From positions 59,571,639 through 59,634,728 of the forward strand of contig NC_068986.1 in NCBI RefSeq assembly GCF_001194135.2: a DNA stretch of 63,090 bases, read 5' to 3'. The position numbers were made by a program, and so were the translations under genes. Of this stretch, positions 26,375 to 41,019 are shown piece by piece. The DNA comes from Octopus bimaculoides. Taxonomy: Eukaryota. The notes beneath the pieces are model-generated. The model searched no databases. It was not told where the DNA came from and was given only the letters and a program-made list of their open reading frames with translations. The number at the start of each line of letters is the position of its first letter. The first letter of the stretch is position 1.

Positions 26375-27537
26375 AAGGCAGTGAGCTGGCAAAATCATTA
26401 GCATGCCAGGCAGAATGCTTAGTGGCATTTTGTCCGTCTTTACTTTCTGAGTTCAAATTCTGTCGAGTTTGACTATATCTTTCATCTTTTCAGGATCAAT
26501 AAAATTAATACCACTAAGTACAGAATTTCCCAGAATTTCAGGCCTTGTGCTGATAGTAGAAAGGATTATTATTAGTGAGCTGGCAGAATCATTAGCACAC
26601 TGGATGAAATGCTTAGCGGTATTTTGCCCATTGCTATGTTGAGTTCAAATTCCTTTCATCCTTTCAAGGCCAATAAATTAAGTACCAGTGAAACACTGGG
26701 GTTGATGTATTTGACTAGTTTGACTTTGTTTAATTTTTTTTCCTTATTTCTTCATGTAACATACATGAAAACCTGAAGTTATAAATAAAGAAGTAAAAAA
26801 TGGAAGACTCAATAATGCTGACAAAGTGAAAGTTGTTTTTGTTGTTTAACCCTAGGTCAAACCGGAATTAGAAGAAGTTCAAAATCATTCTTGTTATAAT
26901 CATCTTGTCCTTTTGGATTATATTATCTAATATCTTTTAAACCCTATGGGTGTGAGTTGAAAGAAATTTGGCTGCTATTTCTAATAGCCAAAGTTATCAC
27001 AAAGAAGGTCCCACGTCTTGTGTAAATGAAGATACTTCTAACAGAATGTGTTATACCATAGATTATATCATCATAAACAACAGTAATATATGTATACACA
27101 TGTAATAACATATATTATTATGTGTGTGTGTCTGTATGTATGTACATATGTACGTACATACATACATACATACATACATAAATAAATAAATAAATAGCAT
27201 CAGTAAAATACAGAAAATGTATATATTTCATGCTTTATAAAGCATACATATATTTTAGCAAATTACTTTCAGGATTACATAACTGCTTGAAACATATAGG
27301 AGTGTAGTGTGGGACTTGTTAGTGAACCTGATGTTTTGTCACATGTCATGCTTCAAAATGCCTACATATATCTTCTATGTAAGCAAAACAAAATATATTT
27401 TGTTGGACTAATGATAATGGATTAAATATTTTTTTTTTATATGTATATACAACTTGACTGAACACCCTTTAAACCCAAAGATGAAACTTTGAGTAGCAAG
27501 AGAGTAACTTGACCAAAATAATACACACACACACACG

Positions 27538-27578
<41 letters not shown>

Positions 27579-29290
27579 ATAAGTTAGCAGTGAATCCCCA
27601 TCTCTCTCTATGCCCCCACATCCTTGACATGCACACGGCAAAGACAATTAGCAGAAGCAGTACTTTCACTATGTTTGAATTTCATTGAAATATTGATAGG
27701 TTGTTTAGTTCGTTGAACTATGGCTTTTAAGCACTGTTATGGAAACACTAACAGGTCATTTAACTTAAAGCTGAGTAGAAATATGCATATGTATGTATGA
27801 ATATATAAACATATATATATGCGTGCATCTCCCAACACACACCCCCACATGCATATGTACATGCAACTACACTAGGATATATCAATATATCATACTCGCT
27901 TACTTAAATACCACATTAGCATGCATAAATAACAAAAACATATATACAGACATACATATGCACACACTCTCTCACACACACACATGCATACATACATACA
28001 TACACACACACACCTATACAACCAACAACACACATCCATGCATATAAATGTGTATATATGCGTGCACACACACACACACACAAACTAACCAGTCTTAATT
28101 CTGCTGCATCCAAACATTTAGGCACTACCAGCTTCCTGTCCAATTATACGGTCAAAGAAATTTCCCTTTTTAAAGGAACTGCAGTTGCCAAGCAACTGAT
28201 CCTCATCTGACAACACTATAAGATCTGCCTTGACCAACAGCAGCCTACTTTCATGTAGTCTTCTTAGACTTCCTGTATTTCTCCATTCAGTAATCTATGC
28301 CTGAAAGAGACAGGTTTCTGCTAGAGGCCTGCAAAACTTTAAGTCATATGAAGCTGAATCAAACTGTTTTAAATAATACATTTAACTCCTACTAAATGTG
28401 TTGAGTGCCATTTTCCTTCATTTATCCACTCACTCATATGTATATGGGCAAGTGTCTTCTATTCTAAGTCCAATTTGTAGTTTGGGTTGACCAATACCTT
28501 GTTAGTGAAATTGGTTAGACAGAAGCTGTGCAGAAGCTTGTTGTATGTGTAAACATATATACACACATATACATGTAGATATACATACATATATTTTTTA
28601 TTTTATTTAAAAAAAAGTTTATCTAGTTTCAGCTCACGACCTGTGGCCATGCTGGGGCACCGCCATGTACATATGTTTTGTAAACTTGCCAAAAGGTAAA
28701 AACTTAACTATTCAAGCAACAAAAATCCATAAAATAAATGCCAGACTGAAATGGCTCCTGAGATTGATATAATAGACTAAAAGCACATGAAGGTGGTAAC
28801 CGAGCATAGTCATGGTCCAACGACTCAAAGAATACAAGAATACAACTGTGTTTATATGTGTTCCAATGTATGTGGGTATTGACATGCAATTGACCTATCA
28901 TATATTTATCAACTGTCATGATAATAACAAATAATTTTAATATTTCATTGAAGACAATAAAATGCTAACTATAATGAAGGGTACATCGCTTGATTATATA
29001 GTTTTACAATTTCAAGTTGGGTGTTTGTTTACAAAGGCAGTTTAATGTATGTGCATGTGTGTGTTTGCAATGATAAAGAAAATAAATTAACAAACAATAT
29101 AACAAGAAGAATGATGGTATGTAATTAAGGCTCAAGGCCAACAAAGAACCCCCACACTTGACTGATACTATATTTTTATTGATACTAGAGAGATGAAAAG
29201 TAAAGTTGATCTTGACAGGATTTGAACCCAGAATGTAAACAGCTAAAACAAATGCTGCACAGCATTTTTTCCCAGTAAAGAAGAAGAAGT

Positions 29291-29337
<47 letters not shown>

Positions 29338-31394
29338 TAGTAGTAGTAAATACCTCTGGAAGAAGACAGGGACTATTAATGAATGAGGAATAAATGAAGA
29401 ACAAACACGAATTTATGGTAAGAATGCTGAAAAGTGAAAGGGAAAAAATTCAACAGAAGCTTACCCTTTTGTGGTAGAATAATAATAATGTTAAAGTTTG
29501 TTTCTTTATAGCTCTCTTTTTAATTCACTTTTCTTTTTTACACCCCTTTTTTAACCCCTAAATTTTTTTTTCAAATTATCAGCCAGGTATGACTTTCTCC
29601 TCTGATTAAACAATATATTCTGGACAACTTGTTTTGATTATTTCCAGTATAATCCTGAGAATAGGATGGGAAAAGAAAACAGATAAAAACCTAAGTGACA
29701 AGTGATGTGGGTGGACATTGACGGATGTGACATGATGTGTGGTGATGCTATAGAATCCCAGGACAGTAGAAAATATAGAAGAATGTCATTTTTTTTTTAC
29801 AAGTCATCCATTAATGGACCAGTTAAAATTATCAGGATGTTCGTATCACTCCTTCCCACTTAGTAGACACAAACCACAAACTTCCTTTCTTGCAATCTAT
29901 CTTTCTTCTGCTTCCAAATCTCTTCTCTCTCCACCACATTCCCTGCCTCCTCCTTTCTCCACTACATTCTCTGCCTCCTCTCTCTCCCACTCTGGATATT
30001 TATAGTTCTAGCAAGAGTTGTTTTGCCACGAGGTAAGGCAATATCTTAAAAATAATAGCAATATTTCTTTTATCACCCCCCCACCAGGGGCACAAGATAT
30101 GGGGGAGTAGGTGATGATAGCTTCAAATCTCAAAGTGTTTGTGCGTGTATGTGTGGGCAAGCACACATGTGTGTGTGTGTGACAACCTTTCCTGACAAAA
30201 TCCTCAGTGCAGAAGAGAAACAAACAATTTTCAACTCCTTCCACAGAACGCAACTATATAGCTATAGCTATGTAAATAGCAGTAGACACTGCCCACTTTT
30301 GACCTTTTCCTGTCTAAGTACTTGTCACTCACTGACCAACTTAGTTGAGAAACTTTTTTTTGTTCTGTTTTTCTTCCTCTTTCCTGCATGTTGACCCATC
30401 CTTACTTGACTGTAGAAAGAAGATAAATTTGGAATCAATACCAATCCCCACTGCTACCCCCACCCTCATTGCCACCAGCACCACTGTCATTAATGGTGTA
30501 ATTTTACTTGTCAACTGCCAATTTTTGAACAACTTATCCTTATAGCTGTTATTGTTATGAAGTCATTACTGTTTAACTGTTGTAGTTGTAGTAGTAGTAG
30601 TAGGAAGAAGAAGAAGAAGAAGAAGAAGAAGAAGATGATGAAGTTGTTAGTGTCAGTGTTGCCTCTTTAGTTAAAAAGTTAGCATTGATGAAGCCCTCGC
30701 CATCACATATTTTTTCTATGTATGGGGGAACCAACAATGACATAACAAAGTGCCCTTTTCTACAGATAGTAGGGAATGATTAGAGGGAGATTTGGATGCT
30801 ATTTCTAGCAGACTGAATGACCATGTAAAAAATCCCCTATTGGCTTTATAGTAGTAGCAGTAGTAGTGATGGTGGTGATGATAGTAGTATTAGTAGGAGG
30901 AGGAGGTTAATACCGAAGTTATCAATGATTAATTATATCAATTATACCATACTGTCAATGTATTGTTTAATACATTATGATTACAACTAATTTACGGCCT
31001 AAGTATCATTCATTGTTTTACTATATTACTGTGACTGGGATATATTTTTGTCCTTCAGAGGAAGTGTTGTTATTGTTTGACCACCAATCAGACCTATTGA
31101 TGATCAAAGGCATTCCTGTAGTGAATATCTCACACTTTTTCCAAAAGATTGTAATGCTCTGATGATTTTACTGATTCACCTTCATAACAGTAACAATAAG
31201 GATAAGTTGTTCAAAAATAGCAGTTGACAAGTAAAATTACAACATTAATGAAGGTGGTGGTAGCAGTGGTGATGTGGGATGAGAGCAGTGATAGGGATTG
31301 ATGTTGATTCCAAATAATTATGATAATATTGATTTCTATATTGGGCACAAGCCCTCCAACACATATAAGATTTGGTTCTTATATGTAGAACAGG

Positions 31395-31650
31395 GGTCTG
31401 CAAACTTTTTAGACCATTGACCCCTTCATGGAATCCTTGACTCCTCATCAACCCCCAGGCATGTACAAGAAAATAAATAAATGATAATAATAATTAAGTA
31501 GATATGCAGTTTCAGGCATTTACCGACCCTTTGAATAGTCCAATTGACTACTTTGGAGACCCCTGATGTAGAAAGTTCAGTAACTGTGCAAAAGTTTTGT
31601 GCCATTGAAACAATTTCTCTTATAGCCAGATGCTCTTTTGACTGCAAACC
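31395..31650. mobile_element. Possible hAT-type MITE
   Basis: Begins caggggtctgcaaact, a hAT-like TIR; right end is poorly matched. Confidence 0.35.
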
Positions 31651-33289
31651 CATTCAACAATGTAATGAAAGTACAACTATTTTGTTTTGAGTAGAAGCAA
31701 ACTGGAAAAATCAGTGATTTGTACTGTGCTCAAGAAGAGCTCAAGACAATGGCTAAAGTAAGATTTGAACATTGTGGGCAGTAGACCTACAATGTTAACC
31801 TCACAATAGCTAAGGTCTCTGATATCAAAATGTAAAGAGTCAGAACAAATACCACTAGGTGTTATCTAGTGGTATTTGTTCTGACGCCACTAACAATTTT
31901 GTCAACCCACTGTCTTAAACTGGTACTTTAGTTTATTGACATCCTAGTAGAATGAAAGGCAAAGTTGACCTCGGCAGGATTTGAACTCATGAGTATAAAG
32001 AGCCAGAACAACTGGAAGTCTGATACTTTAACAATTCTCACAATCTGCTGCCTGTGTGGCTATATAGTTAAAAAAATATAAAACAATCAAGCAAAACCTT
32101 TAATTATACAAAATGCTCTTATGTGTATAATGTATAAAGCAACTTTTCAAACAATATAGTCAATTGTTAAGCTTTGAGATTGTGTTATGGTTTCCATGAC
32201 AATTCTACAAAACACTGTTAAGTGGGTGGTGAAGAAATAAGAACAACACAGAGTAGACAGGACTCTTGTTTTGTTGAGGACATGACAAACTCTCAAGTGC
32301 TGGTATCATAACAGAATATACTTAGTACACTCTACAAAGCAGTTGGTAATAAAAAGAGCATCTAGTTGTAGAAATCATACTAAAAAGAAAACATTTGAGT
32401 GAGACATAATCTTCTGATTTCTCTGGGAGAGCAGTAACTATGAATAAGAACTGACTTGGACTGTATGGAAAGTGGATGTGAAATGATGATAATATTGTTT
32501 TTTCCTTTGCTGCATATTTATTTCATTTTTGTGATAAGATATTTTATGTTCCCTACATTTAATACTGTGCAGGAGGCATTTCTGTGTTAATTATTCTCTA
32601 AATATAAAAAAATTCTAATTTTCTGTGTCAACCAACATGCAATTTTGTACTTTGTCAAGTATAATGAAGTCTGTTTCACTGAAAAAGTCAGAATAAGATC
32701 AAAACATGCCTGAAGTTGTCTCCTATCTTTGCTAAAATGAATATAATATTGGTCATTGATCAATAAAAGTATTATCTTTTTTTCCCCACTCACTACATAA
32801 TATTTTTTAGTTAACCTTTAATACTCACTACCTTAAATATGTTAACAACTATTGCTTTTCATATGGATGGCTTCAGTGAATTATTTATTGTTTGTTTTAT
32901 CCTGCACAGCTGATAATCTACTCCTATTAATATGTTCCAGTAGAGTGGTTTAGTACAAGGTAGAACATCTATTTATAAAACAAACAATTGCTTCAACAAA
33001 ATTAAATTGTACAAATTCACCAAAAACTAAATAAAAAAAGAAATAGATTTAAAAGGAAAAGCAACAATTATTTTAAAAATTCAGATAAAACAACAACTTG
33101 AATATCTCAAGACATTGTCTACTCCATAAATTCAAAGCTGTTACATTTAAAGTAAACATTTCCTCTTCTCTATCCATTCCTCTCATATGAAAACCTTCCC
33201 TTTCTTTTTTCATATCGATTTCTCACCCTTCCTGCATTTTTCCCACATCATCTCTCTCCCTCCCTCTTCATCCTTTTCATTATCCCCAT

Positions 33290-33410
33290 TTCTATCTATC
33301 TATCTATCTATCTATCTCTCACCCACTCACTCACTCACTCACTCTGTCCGTCTGTCCGTCCATCCATCCGTCCGTCCGTCCGTCCACCCGTACGTCCATC
33401 TGTCCGTCCA

Positions 33411-33442
<32 letters not shown>

Positions 33443-33482
33443 TTTATCTATCTATCCATCTATCTATCTATCTATCTATCTA
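33290..33482. repeat. Compound tetranucleotide tract (ATCT/CACT/CCGT/ATCT)
   Basis: Directly visible. Confidence 0.9.
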
Positions 33483-33682
33483 GTGTTTGAGTGTGTGGGT
33501 ATATATATTAACATAGGTTTGATGATGATACTTGTAGAAATAGAACTCAATCAGATGAAGTAGAGCAAATACATTGCTTCAAACTTTTGCTGAAATACCA
33601 TGTATATGATTCAAAGGCCAATTTATCAAATTTATTACGTACAAAAGATGAAGCTTTTAACCCTTGAATCTCTTATGTAGCT

Positions 33683-33845
33683 TTAGGCACAGGCATGGCT
33701 GTGTGGTAAGAAGCATGCTTTCCAACCACATGGTTCCAGGTTCAGTCCCACTGCATGGCACTTTGGGTAAGTGTCTTCTACTATAGCCTCGGGCTGACCA
33801 AAGCCTTGTGAGTGGATTTGGTAGACAGAAACTGAAATAAGCTTG

Positions 33846-33891
<46 letters not shown>

Positions 33892-34370
33892 GTATATATA
33901 TTTTATGTGTGTGTGTGTCTGTGTTTGTCCCCCCTGCCATTGCTTGACAACTGATGTTGGTGCGTTTATGTCCCCAAAACTTAACAGTTCGGCAAAAGAG
34001 ACCGATAGAATAAATACTAGGCTTACAAAGAAAAAGAATAAGTCCTGGGGTTGATTTGTTCAACTGAAGGTGGTGCTCCAGCATGGTCACAGTCAGATGA
34101 CTGAAACAAATAAAAGAATAAATGTATGTATGTATGTATGTATGTATGTATGTGTACCTTTGTGTCTGTGTTTGTATCCCACCACCACTTGGCAACCGGT
34201 GTTGATGTATTCACATCTCCGTAACTTAGTTGTTCAGCAAAAGACATTGATAGAATAAGTAATTAGGCTTTGAACAAAACAAGTCCTAGAGTTGATTTGT
34301 TTGACTAAAACCCTTCAAGGTGGTGTGCTAGCATGGCTGCAGTCAAATGACTAAGACAAGTAGAAAGAAA
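33683..34370 (+). mobile_element. SINE family A, full copy plus a tandem 3'-half copy
   Basis: tggctgtgtggtaag...ggttcagtccc head; 3' half repeated from ~34150. Confidence 0.8.
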
Positions 34371-34622
34371 GAGAGAGAGAAAGATTATTGTTGTTTATGT
34401 TGCTATTAATGTGAAGTTAGTAGGATGGGCTCAGTCAGTTTCCTTTTCTCCTCTTGACAGACAATCAGGCATTTTCATATAAAGCATTACGTCAGTAAAC
34501 AATGACTATTGTTCCCAATAATGATGAGAAGTTACCAAATTGAACAGTATATTTCTTACTAATGCTAATAACTTTTTCTTCTACATTTCTTTTTTGCCTT
34601 TCAAATAATAATAATAATAATG

Positions 34623-34653
<31 letters not shown>

Positions 34654-35084
34654 TAATAATCTTTTCTACTGGAGGCATAAGGCTTCAAATTTGGGGGTAG
34701 GGGACTAGTTGACTATATTGACCCCAGTGCTTCACTGGTACTTAATTTATTGACCCTGAGAGTCGATCTTGGTGGAATTTGAACTCAGAACATAGCGATG
34801 GGTAAAATACTGGTAAGCATTTTGTCCAGTGTGCTAACAATTCTGACAGCTCAGTGAGCTGGGAGAATTGTTAGCATGCCGGGCAAAATGCTTAGCAATA
34901 TTTTGTTGGTCTTTATGCTTTGAGTTCAAATTCCACTGAGGTCAACTTTGCCTTTCATCTCTTTTAGGGTTGACAGGATAAGTAGTAGTTGAGTACTGGG
35001 ATCAATGTCATCAACATGTCCAATCCCCTAAATTGCTGGCCTTGTACCAAAATCTGAAACCATTATTATTACTACTATTATTTG

Positions 35085-35950
35085 TTTTTATCACCCTGTC
35101 TTCGGTGTTATGTCAGTTCATTCTGCTGAATAGCAAGTGGTATCCATCACTTTTTTAAAAGATTCTTGCTGTCCCTAACATAACAAAGAAGTTTATGTCA
35201 CAACCAAGGTGTTACTTTAATTTTTTAAAAATTTCTCTTCACAAGTACCCAATGTGCCAATGACACTACCTTTGCACTTTTACATTCTCACAGTCACCCA
35301 ATATTGTATCTTAAATCATTGCACTTATCAAGCTTTTCCTGTTCTTTCTCTCTCACTCTGGTATCGAAGGGGCATGCTATATCCACCATTATACATTCAT
35401 CAGATGTTTTGTGAAAGGCAACAATGTTAGGCTGAGAGTGTTCCATGACCTTTACAATCCTACAGGGTCTTTGTATTTTCATTCTCCAGCATGTTCACCT
35501 TGTTGTCATACCACTTTTCGGAAGAAGGGAAGTTGTATTTCTTATATATTTCCCAGTGCATGACAGTTACCACTCTCCAGTTCTTATACTCTTTCTGTGC
35601 TAGTTTTGGATATTTTGAAACTATGTTTGTAATAGTTTCTTCTTTCACTGCACATTCTACACTTCCTGTGAATATTTTCTTAGTCAATGACTTTCCTGAA
35701 GTCTCTTATTCACAATGCTTGCTCCTGTGCAGCCATAATCCTCCCCTCAGTTGATCTTTTCAGGCCATTTTCCTTCAGCTAGTTACAGTTCTTCTCTCAT
35801 CAAAACTCATCTGTAGCTATAAAGAATTTGCCATACAAATGTTTGTTACAAATAATAGGTCCTTTTCCTTTCATGTTATGCGACTTTCTTCTCCTTCCCA
35901 TCATCAAGGATATATTCCATTTCTACTAACTTAACTTTTTATTGATTTTG
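35085..35950 (-). mobile_element. 3' part of an R4/Dong-like LINE (zinc knuckle + REL endonuclease), ending beside an AAT-rich tract
   Basis: CAVKEETITNIVSKYPKLAQKEYK, PNIVAFHKTSDECIMVDIACPFDTRVREKEQEKLDK and LGTARILKKV motifs. Confidence 0.85.
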
Positions 35951-36083
35951 TGGATTTACTTTTTGAGATTGGCAACCTCCATATTCACAAAATCCTCAGC
36001 TTTTATTAACCCTTATCCTCCTTTACTTCTCTTCATATATGGGCAGTCAAAATCTCCTTGAGGATGGAATGCCCTGTATATAT

Positions 36084-36880
36084 NNNNNNNNNNNNNNNNN
36101 NNNNNNNNNNNNNNNNNNNNNNNNNNNNNNNNNNNNNNNNNNNNNNNNNNNNNNNNNNNNNNNNNNNNNNNNNNNNNNNNNNNNNNNNNNNNNNNNNNNN
36201 NNNNNNNNNNNNNNNNNNNNNNNNNNNNNNNNNNNNNNNNNNNNNNNNNNNNNNNNNNNNNNNNNNNNNNNNNNNNNNNNNNNNNNNNNNNNNNNNNNNN
36301 NNNNNNNNNNNNNNNNNNNNNNNNNNNNNNNNNNNNNNNNNNNNNNNNNNNNNNNNNNNNNNNNNNNNNNNNNNNNNNNNNNNNNNNNNNNNNNNNNNNN
36401 NNNNNNNNNNNNNNNNNNNNNNNNNNNNNNNNNNNNNNNNNNNNNNNNNNNNNNNNNNNNNNNNNNNNNNNNNNNNNNNNNNNNNNNNNNNNNNNNNNNN
36501 NNNNNNNNNNNNNNNNNNNNNNNNNNNNNNNNNNNNNNNNNNNNNNNNNNNNNNNNNNNNNNNNNNNNNNNNNNNNNNNNNNNNNNNNNNNNNNNNNNNN
36601 NNNNNNNNNNNNNNNNNNNNNNNNNNNNNNNNNNNNNNNNNNNNNNNNNNNNNNNNNNNNNNNNNNNNNNNNNNNNNNNNNNNNNNNNNNNNNNNNNNNN
36701 NNNNNNNNNNNNNNNNNNNNNNNNNNNNNNNNNNNNNNNNNNNNNNNNNNNNNNNNNNNNNNNNNNNNNNNNNNNNNNNNNNNNNNNNNNNNNNNNNNNN
36801 NNNNNNNNNNNNNNNNNNNNNNNNNNNNNNNNNNNNNNNNNNNNNNNNNNNNNNNNNNNNNNNNNNNNNNNNNNNNNNNT
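36084..36880. other. Assembly gap
   Basis: N run. Confidence 1.
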
Positions 36881-36897
36881 ATATATATATAGAGAGA

Positions 36898-37843
36898 GAG
36901 AGATTAACCGACCGAAACTGCAGGGACGATCTGCTTCTCAACTGAAGATTGAAAGCTCCGAATGTCTTGTCCTTGTTTTTTCCTGTCCTTTTTTGTATGA
37001 CCTACTGTCCAAATGTTTTGTGTTGCATGTTAGTTTCTTGTTCCATTTTTTGTTTTGATATTTTATATATACATATAGCAGCGTATGTTCACTTTTGGTC
37101 TCCTGTATGTAAGTACGTATATATAAATAAATTCTGTACGACTCTTGCTCTTTCCTTAGCTCATTTCATACTTTCATTGTTCCTTCCATTTTCTTTTTCT
37201 CACTCCCACCCTCTCTCACATTTCTTGGCACTCCCTTCATTCTCATCACTTTACCTCAGTCTCCTTTACCTCTGTCTGTCCCTTTCCTTTTTTCTTCTCT
37301 CTTTCTCATCCCTCCCTAATTCTTCAATCTCTCTATCCACTACCTCTCTTCTCTCCTTCTACATAACTGGTGTTTGGCTAAGCCTGACCTTTCTTTCTTG
37401 GTTCGACTACCATCCGTGCAGCATCTCTTGTGTTTCTTCCCATGACTTTCATCTTCTATGTTCTTGCCATAAGGCTTCACTTCCATACATGCCAGTTTAA
37501 TTTAATTTGTCCTTAGTCAAAAGACACTTGTTAAAGTCCTGTTGTTTGTATTTGTAATTGTGTCCCATTTCTCTGTTGTTTTTCTTTTCATCCTTGTTTT
37601 CATATACATTCGCTTGCTTTCTTCCAAAGAACCTAGTGCACTTAGCTTAGATTTCCTTGGGGCTATGCAGATTAGAGCAGTCTCGAGATTAATCGGCCAA
37701 AACTGCAGGGCCAATCTGCTTCTCAACTGAAGATTGAAAGCTCCGAATGTCCTGTCCTTGTTTTTTCCTGTCCTTTTTTGTATCACTCACTGTCCAAATA
37801 TTTTGTTGTCGCCTGTTATATTCTTGTTCCATTTTTTGCTTTG

Positions 37844-37850
<7 letters not shown>
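36898..37850 (+). mobile_element. Probable Penelope-like element remnant with two ~170-bp direct repeats (36898-37070, 37685-37850)
   Basis: Direct repeat visible, each copy with a degenerate CTGAAGA...CGAATGTC hammerhead-like motif. Same family occurs inverted at 62060-62400. Confidence 0.6.
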
Positions 37851-37884
<34 letters not shown>

Positions 37885-39301
37885 TTAATAGTTTTTTAGA
37901 TTTTCTGATCTTCTTCTTCTTCTTCTCATTATCATTCTTTTGATTTAGCATAATTGTTTTACAAATTAAGTAAGAAGTAAAAACTCAGGAATCTTCAAAA
38001 ACATTTTCCAGCATACAGGATTGGATTAAATGGATGGAGGAAATAAATATATTTTCCAATTGTTTCTGCTTACCTTAACTCCACAGTTTAGACTTTGTTA
38101 CTATTTCTAGTACGCTGAGTGACCATGCAGAGGTTCTAGTTTATGTTGTTGCTTTTTAGCCTCAAACTAGGTCTGGTTGAAAAGATCTATCTTCACAAGG
38201 TATTCATCCAGGATCTCTGTGTCCTGAGTTCAAAAGGTACTCACGTCAACTTTGTCTTTTATCCTTTTGGGGTTGATAAACATGTACCAATTCAGTACAG
38301 TGGATTGGCAGGACTATAAGAAATGATGGACCACATGTGTTGTGGCAGTTGATTTAGATTCTGAGTTCAAATCTCTCCATTGCTTAGATTTCATCTGTCA
38401 CTCTGTTTAACATAATCAACCAGCACTTGAATGTCTTTAGTGGAGTTTATTCTGTTACAAGTATTCCTCCCACCAGTCTAGGTGGTAAAGGGTCAAGGGC
38501 ACTACCTTCACTCCTGATTGATAAATAAAAAAAATAATAAATTCCAATTGTGACCAACCTGTCTCTTTATTTGGACACAGTGTATCTAGGACTAAATGTG
38601 GTGGATTGGAAGGATCATTAAAGCTTTAGATAGAATGCCTTGTGGTATTTGCCCAGGATCTCTGCATAATGAGTTAAAATCCCAGAGATCAACCTTGCCT
38701 GTTACCTTTCAGGGGTTGATAAAGTACGGTGGGGAGGATTCTTCTCTCACCCACTTTGTTGCACCATAAGAAGTGGGTGCACTCACAGTGTCACTTTCTT
38801 CAAAAGTAGAAAATGATTGAGCAAGTGACTAACAACCTCTTCTCATATGTAAATTCAATGCTACTGGAACCATCAAAGGAAAGAAGGCCAAAACAACCTG
38901 TCTTTTAACATGCGTGTAAAATTTGAGGGAGATTTGGTTGCTATTTCCAGTAGGTTGAGCAGCCACATAGAAGCTTCTGAAATTGGCTTGTCTATATAAT
39001 GTTAAAATAGGTAACTCAGAAGCAGAGTGCCAATATAAACTTGAACCCTAACAATGTTGGCTAAACTTCTTATATCTTTCTGGGATCAATAAAACATAAG
39101 AGCCATAAATAGTGAAATATCCCTTGGGATGAGGAGAGACCCCAGAGCTACTTTCTAACTTAGGTAGTTGGTGTCTGATAAACAGAGAGAAAGAGAGGAG
39201 AGAGAGAAATATTGTTTACTTTGAGATTTATCAGAGATGTCCATACATACCATTATCACCATTAATTTAATGTTTATTTTCCATGCCTTTATGAGTTGAA
39301 T

Positions 39302-39349
<48 letters not shown>

Positions 39350-40390
39350 GTCTTATCTGTTGAGGAGAGCTGCTGGTATATAGACCATTTACACAATTTA
39401 CTTCCAAGTGGGGTGCAATGTAAATACTGACACCTCAAAGCAGCTCCAGTACAGTAGAAGGAAAAAATACAACTACACACATAGACATATATAGTTCATG
39501 TAGTAAATTTATTAAGAGTACACATACTGTTGAATAAATATTTCAATTTTTCAGCTGCCACCGCTTTACTAAAGTTATGAACTAAGGCAGTAATAATATC
39601 ATTATCTGAAGAAGTAGAAGTAAATTCAGATTTTAGGTTCAAAAGCTTTAAAAATAAGGGGTCAATAAATCCCAATTTTTTTTAAGGTGTCACATTGCAA
39701 ATGCTTACCAGAGGAATTTTGCTTAGATGTGTTCTTTCTTTCTCTTTTCTCATTTTTTTTTTGTCAATTACATATCTAATTTCCCTATCCATGCTTGGGA
39801 TAGAGAAGTTGTCAAATTTTGATAATAACATAGAAAAAGAAGAAAAAAAACAAAATGAAAGAAAAAAAAGAAAATGAAAGAAAAAAGACAAAATGAAGGA
39901 ACAGGAAAAAGAAAGATATTTTTCCTCTCACTAGCCATCTCATAAAATTGGTACCAGCCTTCCAACAGAAGCTGTCAGAAAAATGTAAGATAGAAAGAAT
40001 TTGAACATGTGATGATGTGGTCGGTGGGTGTGTTACTTAACATCACTGTCACTTACCCTGTAAACTTATTGATTACAGTGCTCAGGTACAATACATTTCA
40101 TTGGAAGGACATAAACAGTCGAAAGAAATACTGCAAAGCACTAATTCTGATGCACTAATGCTTCTGTCAGCTTGCTACTTCATTATTCCTTTTGTGACAT
40201 TTTTTTGTGGGGTAGGGGGCTGGATATGACCTCTCGAGGCAGCATTCTATGATTCCATGCCTTTCCTGATGCCAATCTTTATTTGCTTTTCAAGTAAGGT
40301 ATTCCCACAGGTCTTTGCACATTGAATCACTATTCAAGTGGTGCCAAAATGAGGACACGTACATACGCACAACATATGCATGGGCGTATT

Positions 40391-40425
<35 letters not shown>

Positions 40426-40543
40426 ATGCGTGCGGGTATGAATTTATATATATATATATACACATACACACACACACATATATATACATATGTATATATA
40501 TATATATACATACACACATATGTACACACAAGAACACAAGCTG

Positions 40544-40747
40544 GGTTTAAAATTTACTGCTACAGCTGCTTTCATAGCATTTCATCAATGTATTCTTAGC
40601 TTACATCATAGCAAAAATCACCCTCCCCAGATAAAATTTTAAACACGTGTATAAAATTTTACCTGAGGATGGTGGAATTTTGTTATAATGAAATCTTAAA
40701 ATGCAGCAATAAAATGCTAGTGAAACAGCTGTAGTAAATTTTAAACC
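40544..40747. mobile_element. ~200-bp fold-back element (MITE-like)
   Basis: Arms ggtttaaaatttactgctacagctgctttcatagcattt / aaatgctagtgaaacagctgtagtaaattttaaacc; near-palindromic centre. Confidence 0.65.
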
Positions 40748-41019
40748 TCACTTGTGTTCTTTTATACATATGCCACACCTGGAACCAATCCTGAGCTGGC
40801 TTTATGGTTTATATTGGATTTGGTACCAATGTGTGTGTGTGCTTGTGTGTAGCCACACATATATACATACCTGCAGTATACATGGTCTGATCAATAACTA
40901 TCCAGACTGCTGCTATAGTAATGAAGCTAAAGCACAAAGAGTGAAACTGCTTTGCACAGACTGACCTTGAATTTTGCTGCTCATGCACACCAAGTTTTAA
41001 TGTTCTAGATCACATCCAC

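Noticed and set aside
28150-28335. Exon-like sequence with two minus-strand acceptors
   Set aside because: All frames stop early.
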